Below are positions 18,795 to 26,688 of a stretch of DNA of 56,508 nucleotides, one piece after another; position 1 is the first letter of the stretch, and each line of letters opens with the position of its first letter. Position numbers and translations under genes: made by a program. Where the stretch lies: assembly GCA_934130235.1 (NCBI GenBank), contig CAKOXU010000002.1, positions 1 to 56,508 of the forward strand, written 5' to 3'. The DNA is from an uncultured Bacilli bacterium. GTDB taxonomy: Bacteria > Bacillota_I > Bacilli_A > RF39 > UBA660. Below the pieces are notes generated by a model. The model saw only the letters and a program-made list of their open reading frames with translations, ran no database searches and had not been told where the DNA came from.

Positions 18795-18820
18795 ATTAAA
18801 AAACTGCACATTATGCAGTC
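18795..18820 (-). terminator. Intrinsic terminator after orf117
   Basis: Stem ACTGCA/TGCAGT with a 5-nt loop, followed on the minus strand by TTTTTTAATTT. The stop codon (18811-18813) lies in the loop. Confidence 0.6.
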
Positions 18821-19164
18821 TTTCTCAATTTACTATGTATATCAGTGTTAACACGTGAAATGAGTGCAACATCAATACTTTCCTTAGCTCTATTGGCTGC
18901 TAAAGGCAAATTTTTATGTGGACTATCAAAATAATTATTACAATTACTAGTAGTAAATTGTGAATAATAGTCATTGTAAAATGCTTCAGCCTCTTCTTCT
19001 TTTACTTTTCCTTTTGCTACTAACTTAGAATACAATTCCGAAATATCAGTAATAATATTAGAAAACTCATCTGATACCCAAGCAGAAGTTCCTTTAGTAA
19101 CATTTAATCTATTAGTTCTATTTAGAATTGAATCAGTTTTTGTACTTGTTAATTCTCTAGACAT
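18811..19164 (-). CDS. Hypothetical protein (117 aa)
   Basis: The ORF start shares one base with the stop of orf179 (TAATG), implying translational coupling. No recognisable motif. Confidence 0.5.
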   Translation of the reverse strand: MSRELTSTKTDSILNRTNRLNVTKGTSAWVSDEFSNIITDISELYSKLVAKGKVKEEEAEAFYNDYYSQFTTSNCNNYFDSPHKNLPLAANRAKESIDVALISRVNTDIHSKLRKTA

Positions 19165-19703
19165 TATAATCCTACCTCCACATCTAGCATAGCCTTAATA
19201 ATACTTCTTCCATCATTCGTAAAATATGAATTAAACATAGTATCTTTACCAACTATATGACTTAAAAGATTAGCTATAAAAACCTCTTCCTCTAAATCAG
19301 ATGTCCCTTCATTTCCAATAACATAATTAGCTAAAATCTCAGTATAAGCTAAATTAAGCGCTCTTAATCTTTCATCTGAATTAAAACCTGTATATGTATT
19401 AGTACTAGTAGCCATTTCTAATAATACTTTCATAAAAATATGGTCCGGATCATAATTACCTTCTAATTTATTCGCATCTATATAGGCAATATTTCTATAA
19501 ACATCATAGTAGTATATACCTTTTCTTTCGAATTTACTTAGTTTCCCTAATTTTAATGTTTTAAGTGATTTAGTTAGCTTGTTAATGTCAACTTCTTTTA
19601 TTTTAGATTGAAGTTTCAATACCAAACTATATAGTCTTTCTTTTATCTCTGTTGAAAGATAAGGATTACTTTGTAAAGCCTGTTTTATCTCTAAATCGCT
19701 CAT
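19164..19703 (-). CDS. Hypothetical protein (179 aa)
   Basis: The ORF starts 53 nt downstream of clpC with no intervening terminator. No recognisable catalytic motif. Confidence 0.5.
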   Translation of the reverse strand: MSDLEIKQALQSNPYLSTEIKERLYSLVLKLQSKIKEVDINKLTKSLKTLKLGKLSKFERKGIYYYDVYRNIAYIDANKLEGNYDPDHIFMKVLLEMATSTNTYTGFNSDERLRALNLAYTEILANYVIGNEGTSDLEEEVFIANLLSHIVGKDTMFNSYFTNDGRSIIKAMLDVEVGL

Positions 19704-19756
19704 ATAATCACCCTATAAAATATTATAGCATAATTTAATAAAAAGCGAAACATTTT

Positions 19757-22042
19757 TTAACTAAAACATTTATTATTTATATTTTTAATATATACACTAT
19801 ATTCATTATTTAATAATTTATCTATAACTATATTTTCAATATTATTTTTTATTATCTTATCTATTTTTCTGGCTCCATATTCGTTATAGTTAGATAAATT
19901 TAATATATCTTTTTTTGTTTCATTAGAAATTCTTATATTTACACTTTTATACTTTTCTTTTAACTGTTTTAGCTTATTATTAATTATATTAAGCATATCT
20001 TTTTCTGTTAATGTTTTAAATTCTAATATAGAATCTATTCTATTTACAAACGGTATTGAGAAGAACTCTTTTAATTCTGTTTTTGTATTTGTACTATTGA
20101 ATCCTATACTCTTAGTTAAATATCCTATATTGGATGTCATAATTATTATACAATTATTAAAGTATATATCTTCTCCTTTAGCATCTTTTACTTTTCCATC
20201 TTCTAATATTTGATATAATAAATCAATAACGGTACTATTAGCTTTTTCTATCTCATCTAATATTATTACAGAAAAAGGATTGTCTTTTACGCATTCAAAT
20301 ACATTTTTTGAATCATTATAACCTACATATCCGGCTGGTGATCCTATTAGTTTACTAATAGAATGAGCCTCTGTATACTCACTCATATCTAGTTTTATTA
20401 TATTATTAAAAATACTTTTACCAAATTGCTGCGCTAAAAATGTTTTCCCGACTCCACTAGGTCCTTGAAAAAGTATACAATAACATCCATTATTATCAGT
20501 AAAACCTAATTTAATTCTTTTTATTACATTCATTAATTTATCTATATTTTTATCATGACCAATAACTGTTTTTTTTAAGTTTTTTTCTATTTTTAGTATT
20601 TCATTACTATTATAATCTTCTAGCTGAAATATAGGTACATTACATTTTCTGCTAACTATCTCAATTATATCATCTTTTTTTACCTCGTTTTTTATATTAT
20701 TTTTATTTAATTCTATTTTATTTAACTTATCTGTAAGTATATTTTCTTCTCTTTTATATTCAGTTGCCTGATCATATAAAGAATTCATTATACAATCTTT
20801 TTTTAATTTTTTTAATTCATTTATCTTATTTAATATATTATAGTATTTTTTTTCTATTTTAGATTGTTTCAATGATACGTGAGCACATACTTCATCTAAT
20901 ATATCTATACTTTTATCAGGCTGATATCTATTATGAATATATTTATTTGAAAGTTCTATTATATAATCTAGCATTTCATTTGAAATAGATATTTTGTGAT
21001 ATGCTGAATAGGTAGAAACTAATTTATATAATATTTCTTTTAATACAGCATTATTAGGTTCTTGTATCTCTACCTTTTGAAATCTTCTATCAAGCGCTTT
21101 ATCTTCTTCTATACTTTTTTTATATTCTAAAGTAGTAGTAGCTCCAATACATCTTAACTTGTTACGTGCTAAAGCAGGTTTAAATATATTTGATGCATCA
21201 ATAGCACCCTCTGCTCCTCCGGCACCTACTAATGTATGAATTTCATCTATAAACAATATAATATCGTCATTTTCTTCACACTCTTTAAGTAATTTATTTA
21301 CTCTTTCTTCAAATTCGCCTCTATATTTAGTTCCTGATACTAATTGTGAAACATCTAAACTAATTATTTTTTTACCTCTTAATTTATATGGAACTTTACC
21401 AATAGATATTAGCTTACTTAAATTTTCTACAATAGCTGTTTTTCCTACACCCGCTTCTCCTATAAGTATTGGATTATTTTTCTTTCTTCTACATAATATT
21501 TCAATTATTTGTTTAACTTCTTCATCTCTACCTATTACTGGATCCATATCTGAACATTTTTTAATAAGATTATCACCTATTTCTTCAACTAATAGTTTCT
21601 TATTTTTACTCTTTTTTATATTAGGTATTTTTACAAAAGCGTGATACAGGTCTTCTAAATCTATATCCATACCTAAAAGAAGTCTGATTGCTACTCCTTC
21701 TCCTTCTTCAAGTAAACTAATTATTACATGATTAAGAGTTATTAAACCATTATTGTTTTCTTTGCTGTCTAAATAAGCGTTTTCTATTACTCTTTTTAAT
21801 AAAGGCGTATATAAAAAGCAAGAGCTTTCTATCTTACCAATTCCTATTACACGAATTATTTCTTCTTTAAAATTTTTATATGTAATATCATATTTATTTA
21901 AGGTATCACTAACAGTGTTTTTAAATTTTAAGAGCGCTAAAAGAAGGTGCTCACTTCCTACATATGGATGATTTAAAGCTTTCATCTCCTCTTTTGCTCT
22001 TATTAATACTTTTTTTACATCTTCAGTAAAATTATTATACAT
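19757..22042 (-). CDS. clpC: ATP-dependent Clp protease ATP-binding subunit ClpC
   Basis: Clp_N repeats. D1 Walker A GEAGVGKTA and ILFIDEIHTLVGAGGAEGAIDASNIFKP. Coiled M-domain. D2 GPSGVGKTF and VIILDEIEKA. ClpP-docking IGF loop (KSIGFNS). Start placed at the ATG preceded by GAGGAGGAG (M13 of the track ORF). Confidence 0.9.
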   Translation of the reverse strand: MYNNFTEDVKKVLIRAKEEMKALNHPYVGSEHLLLALLKFKNTVSDTLNKYDITYKNFKEEIIRVIGIGKIESSCFLYTPLLKRVIENAYLDSKENNNGLITLNHVIISLLEEGEGVAIRLLLGMDIDLEDLYHAFVKIPNIKKSKNKKLLVEEIGDNLIKKCSDMDPVIGRDEEVKQIIEILCRRKKNNPILIGEAGVGKTAIVENLSKLISIGKVPYKLRGKKIISLDVSQLVSGTKYRGEFEERVNKLLKECEENDDIILFIDEIHTLVGAGGAEGAIDASNIFKPALARNKLRCIGATTTLEYKKSIEEDKALDRRFQKVEIQEPNNAVLKEILYKLVSTYSAYHKISISNEMLDYIIELSNKYIHNRYQPDKSIDILDEVCAHVSLKQSKIEKKYYNILNKINELKKLKKDCIMNSLYDQATEYKREENILTDKLNKIELNKNNIKNEVKKDDIIEIVSRKCNVPIFQLEDYNSNEILKIEKNLKKTVIGHDKNIDKLMNVIKRIKLGFTDNNGCYCILFQGPSGVGKTFLAQQFGKSIFNNIIKLDMSEYTEAHSISKLIGSPAGYVGYNDSKNVFECVKDNPFSVIILDEIEKANSTVIDLLYQILEDGKVKDAKGEDIYFNNCIIIMTSNIGYLTKSIGFNSTNTKTELKEFFSIPFVNRIDSILEFKTLTEKDMLNIINNKLKQLKEKYKSVNIRISNETKKDILNLSNYNEYGARKIDKIIKNNIENIVIDKLLNNEYSVYIKNINNKCFS

Positions 22043-22092
22043 ATTCTCCTCCTCTATTATTCTATGAATATAATGCATTAAATAATTTATAT

Positions 22093-22263
22093 TTATTCAT
22101 CATATATTATCATTGCACTAAAACAGTATAGTTGTTCATCTCCCATTACTGATATAGCTACTTGGTATTTAATATCTATAATTTCAATATCATCATTTAA
22201 AAAATTATTAATACTTTTTTCTAAGTCAAGTTCATGAGATTCATCAAATACTTTTACACGCAT
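22093..22263 (-). CDS. Small Cse60-like sporulation protein (56 aa, below the ORF-track cutoff)
   Basis: My own translation: MRVKVFDESHELDLEKSINNFLNDDIEIIDIKYQVAISVMGDEQLYCFSAMIIYDE. Shine-Dalgarno GTGGTGA upstream. The pattern VKVFDE.HE.DLE..IN.FL...IDIKYQVA...EQ.YCFSA.I.Y matches my recollection of the Cse60/YteV family. Confidence 0.55.
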   Translation of the reverse strand: MRVKVFDESHELDLEKSINNFLNDDIEIIDIKYQVAISVMGDEQLYCFSAMIIYDE

Positions 22264-22314
22264 AAAAAATCACCACTATTATTATAATAGTCGTGATTTA
22301 TAACTTTTGTCGAT

Positions 22315-23526
22315 TTATCTTCCAGAGAAAGGTACATCGGTTGCTGGGAAGTTTATAACATCTCTTGGATTAAATGATCTAGATCTAAAATCTGAATACC
22401 AGAAATAATCTGTCATATATAATCCGGTTGCTATTTGAAGATGAAGATGTGCTCCAGTTGAACAACTAGTTGAATCCCACCATTCAATTGCATGAACTCC
22501 ACCAGAAGAACCTATTTGTGTATTATGAGTAACATATTGTCCTACTTTAACTAATATTGGGTCAGCTAAATGGAAATATGCAGACGTATATGTTTTTCCA
22601 TTTACTTTATGAGCTATATAAACCATGTTTCCACCACAACTTTGTCTAGGTTTAATAGAAACAACAGTTCCGTCAGCTACTGAATATACAGGTGTACCAT
22701 GAGGTATACTAAAGTCCACGCCATCATGGAAAGCACCATATTTTTTTGTATATCCATACTCAAAGTTTAATGCTCCTTTTGATATAGGTCTATAGAATCC
22801 TGCAGCTGATGGTAAATAACCAGCGCCCTGAGATTTATTATATCTATTTACACAAGTCGTAAGCTGTTCATTTAATGAACATTTATATGTATTTTGATAA
22901 GTATTTACTTGTTTTTTCAAATCACTTATTTCAGATTTGATATCTATAGCTTCTTCAGTTATTTTAGATAAATTATCACCTAAAGATGCAAGCTCTGTAG
23001 AGAGTTGTCCTTCTAAATTGTCTAATGAAACTTCTTTAGAAGCCAATTCTTTTACTTTTCTTTTATTCTCTTCTATTAGCTTATTATATTTATCAATAGT
23101 ATTTTTTCTATACTCACTTAATTGCTCTGCAACTGCAAGCCTATAAATAAAATCTGTAAAACTAGTTGCACTAAACATATACTCTAAATATACAGAATTA
23201 GAACTTGATAATTGGTAGTAATTTACAATAGTCTTAATTTCCTTCTGCATCTTTTCTATATCCTTAGCAAGTTCATCTAATTCGTCATTTATTTTAATAA
23301 TATCTTTTTGAACTTGTTCTTTTTCCGCAGAAAGAGATACTATTTTTTTTCTAGTTTGCTCTATTTCTCCCTCTGTTTGTTCTTTTTGATTCTGATTAGC
23401 AGTATATTTTGCCTCAGTATCACTCAACTCTTTTTTTAACTCATCAAGAGTTTTAGCACTTGCATTTATTCCCGTAAACATACAAAGTATCATAATAATT
23501 AAAAAAATTCTTTTATATATTTTCAT
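22315..23526 (-). CDS. Secreted coiled-coil plus M23-family peptidoglycan endopeptidase
   Basis: 403 aa. Signal peptide, ~200-aa coiled coil, C-terminal M23 motifs HDGVD (HxxxD) and HLHLQ (HxH). Confidence 0.85.
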   Translation of the reverse strand: MKIYKRIFLIIMILCMFTGINASAKTLDELKKELSDTEAKYTANQNQKEQTEGEIEQTRKKIVSLSAEKEQVQKDIIKINDELDELAKDIEKMQKEIKTIVNYYQLSSSNSVYLEYMFSATSFTDFIYRLAVAEQLSEYRKNTIDKYNKLIEENKRKVKELASKEVSLDNLEGQLSTELASLGDNLSKITEEAIDIKSEISDLKKQVNTYQNTYKCSLNEQLTTCVNRYNKSQGAGYLPSAAGFYRPISKGALNFEYGYTKKYGAFHDGVDFSIPHGTPVYSVADGTVVSIKPRQSCGGNMVYIAHKVNGKTYTSAYFHLADPILVKVGQYVTHNTQIGSSGGVHAIEWWDSTSCSTGAHLHLQIATGLYMTDYFWYSDFRSRSFNPRDVINFPATDVPFSGR

Positions 23527-23528
23527 AA

Positions 23529-24164
23529 CTACTTATTCATTTCCTTCCTAATTCTCTTATAATCAACGCAATATTTAGATACTAAATTCCAAAAGTCTTT
23601 AGAATGATTAAAATAAAGAATATGTGATAATTCATGAACAATAACATAATCTATTTTCTCAATATCAAACTCAATAAGTCTTGAATTAAGTGTTATTGTA
23701 TGATTTACTCTATTGTATACTCCCCATCTTGTTTTCATATTTCTTATACGTAAAAGTGGAGATTTTATGTTTTCGTTAAAATGATTATAAACATATACAT
23801 ATCTTTCATCAAATATTCTTATTATCTCTTTTTTTAACCATTTATCTAACATAGTCTTATCTTTACATATTATAGTACTACCATTAATACATACATTATC
23901 TACATTAGACATCTCAATTATATCATAGGAATTTCCTAAATAAAAGAATTTTTCCTTCTTTTTATTTTCATTTTGCACTTTTTCAATCATTTTTCGTAAA
24001 GAGCTTTCATTATCATTAAGTATACTTAAAATTTTCTTATTAGTAGTTAAATAATTACAAGTAACATAAATGTTCATATCATCTTTAACTCTAATATACA
24101 AATTTTTATTATTTTTTTTTGTAATTATAACGTTATATGTTTGATTATCTAATTCATACTGCAT
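23529..24164 (-). CDS. YgjP-like (DUF45/M48-related) zinc metallopeptidase
   Basis: 211 aa. RWGVYN...ITLNSRL and HELSHILYFNHSKDFW (HExxH). Confidence 0.8.
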   Translation of the reverse strand: MQYELDNQTYNVIITKKNNKNLYIRVKDDMNIYVTCNYLTTNKKILSILNDNESSLRKMIEKVQNENKKKEKFFYLGNSYDIIEMSNVDNVCINGSTIICKDKTMLDKWLKKEIIRIFDERYVYVYNHFNENIKSPLLRIRNMKTRWGVYNRVNHTITLNSRLIEFDIEKIDYVIVHELSHILYFNHSKDFWNLVSKYCVDYKRIRKEMNK

Positions 24165-24179
24165 ATTTTCACCTATTTA

Positions 24180-24208
24180 ATTATATCATTATTAATAATT
24201 ATTATCAA
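24180..24208 (-). promoter_or_regulatory. Sigma-A-type promoter TTGATA-17-TATAAT for the YgjP-like gene
   Basis: The minus strand reads TTGATAataattattaataatgaTATAAT, ending ~15 nt before the ATG at 24164. Shine-Dalgarno AGGTGA. Confidence 0.45.
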
Positions 24209-24233
24209 ACAAAAAGAAAAAGCCATAAGGCTT
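24209..24233 (-). terminator. Intrinsic terminator ending the mraY transcript
   Basis: Stem AAGCC/GGCTT with a 4-nt loop, followed on the minus strand by TTTTTCTTTTTG. Lies ~100 nt downstream of the mraY stop. Confidence 0.5.
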
Positions 24234-24335
24234 CTCTGTAGTAAGGAGTGTTTACTCAAGGTTTTTCAACCTTGTGTATTCATTATAATGTATAAATGTG
24301 TAGTATTTGTGAAAAAGAAATGAAAAAAAAGAGTA

Positions 24336-25328
24336 TTAATACCATACTCCAAATAATATAGCAGCCATACTTAGTATTAGACCAATACACAAGAATGTAA
24401 CAACTATATCCCTTTCATTCCAACCTAATTTTTCTAAATGATGATGATATGGTGTCATTAAAAACACTTTTTTATGAAAATATACCATACTAATTATTTG
24501 AATTAAACATACAAGTGTTTCAAATACAAACACTCCACATACAACTACAAATGTAAGTTCATGCTTAGTTATAATAGCTATTGCAGCTAATGTACCTCCG
24601 AGCGCTAAAGAACCCGTATCACCCATAAATACTTTTGCAGGTCGAGAATTAAAAGCCAAAAATCCTACTAATGCACCAACTAAGACAAATGAAAATACTG
24701 CTATATCAGAAGAACCAGAAATAGCTTTAGAATTGGCTGCAATAAGTCCAAAAGTAAAATACGCTATTGCAGATAAGCCTCCTGCAAGGCCATCTAATCC
24801 ATCTGTAATATTTACTGCATTTGAACTTGCTACTAACATAAATAATAAGAATATTCCATAAAACCAGCCCATGTTTATCTCTATTCCAAATGTATAAATT
24901 TCTAGACTAGGTTTAGCTCCACTACGCATATATATATAGAAGAAAACAAGCGCTATTAAAGTTTGACCTAGTAATTTTTGAAACTCAGTAAGACCTACAT
25001 TATTTCTTCTTTTAATTATTAAATAATCATCTATAAATCCTAATGCTGCATAAGCAACAAATACAAACATTACAATAAGTAAATTATATGAAAACTCTAC
25101 TTTTCCAAGTAATAGTAATATAATCATAGAAATGATTGTAGTTAATATAAATATTAATCCTCCCATTGTAGGAGTTCCTTGCTTATTTTTATGTCTTTTA
25201 AACATATATGTACTAAGAGTTTGTTTTACTTTTAGTTTTCTAAGTAGTGGTAATAACACTATGCCTATTACTATTGAAATCATAAATCCTAACATAAGTG
25301 CTAATGTTGCTTTAGTTAATTGATACAT
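24336..25328 (-). CDS. mraY: Phospho-N-acetylmuramoyl-pentapeptide transferase
   Basis: 330 aa, 10-TM pattern. Motifs GTPTMGG, NAVNITDGLDGLA, MGDTGSLALGG. Confidence 0.95.
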   Translation of the reverse strand: MYQLTKATLALMLGFMISIVIGIVLLPLLRKLKVKQTLSTYMFKRHKNKQGTPTMGGLIFILTTIISMIILLLLGKVEFSYNLLIVMFVFVAYAALGFIDDYLIIKRRNNVGLTEFQKLLGQTLIALVFFYIYMRSGAKPSLEIYTFGIEINMGWFYGIFLLFMLVASSNAVNITDGLDGLAGGLSAIAYFTFGLIAANSKAISGSSDIAVFSFVLVGALVGFLAFNSRPAKVFMGDTGSLALGGTLAAIAIITKHELTFVVVCGVFVFETLVCLIQIISMVYFHKKVFLMTPYHHHLEKLGWNERDIVVTFLCIGLILSMAAILFGVWY

Positions 25329-25332
25329 AGAT

Positions 25333-26643
25333 TCATCTCCTTATTATATTAATTACTGTATCATAATCTGAAAAATGTGTTTTTTTACCTTTTATATCTT
25401 GATATTCTTCATGACCTTTTCCCAGTACTAATAGTATATCATTTTTTGATAACTTTTGTATACCTTTTTTTATAGCTTTATATCTGTTTACAATTATTTT
25501 ATAATTTGATTTGTCAAGTTTACAAGTTATATCTTTTAATATTTTTCTTTTATTTTCATATCTAGGATTATCGGTTGTAAAAATAACATAATCAGAATTT
25601 TCAACTGCTATCTTACCCATTATTGGTCTTTTTAACTTATCTCTATTTCCACCACATCCTATTATTGTTATTATATTTTTAGGATTTAAGTCCCTCATAG
25701 AATTTAATACTTTTAGCACTGCGTCCGGTGTATGTGCATAATCTATAATAATACTATTATCGTTATAATTAATTATTTGAATTCTACCTTTTGGTGGTTC
25801 CAATAATTCTATAACCTTAGTATCAAGATTCATTAGTTCCAATAAAATTATTACTATAGTAATATTATAAACATTGTATTCACCTAGTAATTTAGTACTA
25901 TATTTTATATCATTAACGGTAAATGTTGTACCATCTTTAGTTATAGCAATATTGTCTATTTTATATTGATCACTAGTACGACCATAAGTAACAATATTAT
26001 CATTAATCATAAAATTAGAACTGTATTCATCATCTACATTTATAATGGATGTACCATCTAATTTTTCAAACAGCATTTTTTTTGCTTCTATATAATTATC
26101 CATAGTTTTATGGTAGTCTAAATGATCTTGTGTTAAGTTAGTAAAAATAGCATATTTAAATTTTAAACTATCTACTCTGCCCATACATAATCCCTGACTA
26201 CTTACTTCAATTGCGACAAAGTTAATATCATTTTCTTTGCACTCTAATAAATATTGATACATTTCATATAAATTGGGTGTAGTATTATTAGTATGTATAA
26301 CCTTATTATTATAATAAAATCCTAATGTTCCTATATAAGCACATTTTATATTTAGTTTATTAAGTGCTTGATAAATTAAATAAGCAGTAGTTGTTTTTCC
26401 GTTCGTTCCAGTTACCCCTATAAGATTAATGTCTTTTATATCTTTATAATAATTATCATATAAATAATCAGTTAAATATTTTTTTGTATCAGAAACTTTT
26501 ATAGTATTAACATTATAGTTTCCTTTTTCAACTATAACAGTGCATGCACCGTTTTTAATAGCGTCTTCTACATATAAATGACCTTTATCTATAGCGATAA
26601 AAGTATCGCCTTTTACAACTTTTCTTGAATCTATTTTTATCAT
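25333..26643 (-). CDS. murE: UDP-MurNAc-L-Ala-D-Glu:diamino-acid ligase MurE, DNPR (meso-DAP-type) variant
   Basis: 436 aa. P-loop GVTGTNGKTTTAY, carbamyl-lysine region YIEAKKMLF, selectivity motif TTDNPRYE. Confidence 0.85.
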   Translation of the reverse strand: MIKIDSRKVVKGDTFIAIDKGHLYVEDAIKNGACTVIVEKGNYNVNTIKVSDTKKYLTDYLYDNYYKDIKDINLIGVTGTNGKTTTAYLIYQALNKLNIKCAYIGTLGFYYNNKVIHTNNTTPNLYEMYQYLLECKENDINFVAIEVSSQGLCMGRVDSLKFKYAIFTNLTQDHLDYHKTMDNYIEAKKMLFEKLDGTSIINVDDEYSSNFMINDNIVTYGRTSDQYKIDNIAITKDGTTFTVNDIKYSTKLLGEYNVYNITIVIILLELMNLDTKVIELLEPPKGRIQIINYNDNSIIIDYAHTPDAVLKVLNSMRDLNPKNIITIIGCGGNRDKLKRPIMGKIAVENSDYVIFTTDNPRYENKRKILKDITCKLDKSNYKIIVNRYKAIKKGIQKLSKNDILLVLGKGHEEYQDIKGKKTHFSDYDTVINIIRR

Positions 26644-26647
26644 AAAA

Positions 26648-26685
26648 ACACCTCAGTATATTTTATTCATAAATATACTGAGTGT
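26648..26685 (-). terminator. Terminator-like hairpin between the two murE genes that contains the downstream Shine-Dalgarno sequence
   Basis: The minus strand reads CACUCAGUAUAU-(11-nt loop)-AUAUACUGAGGUG-UUUUU-AUG. That is 12 bp with one bulged G. GAGGUG lies in the 3' arm, and the U-run abuts the start codon at 26643. Confidence 0.5.
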
Positions 26686-26688
26686 TAA

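Noticed and set aside
22043-22078. Twelve extra N-terminal codons on clpC (MHYIHRIIEEEN).
   Set aside because: These codons themselves encode the perfect Shine-Dalgarno sequence GAGGAGGAG for the next ATG, which starts the conserved Clp_N domain.
25333-26643. Second Mur ligase as MurF rather than a second MurE.
   Set aside because: It has the MurE-type N-terminal DSRKV.KGD.F motif, the TGTNGKTTT P-loop and the MurE-specific DNPR motif. Its length and motif order match MurE, not MurF.
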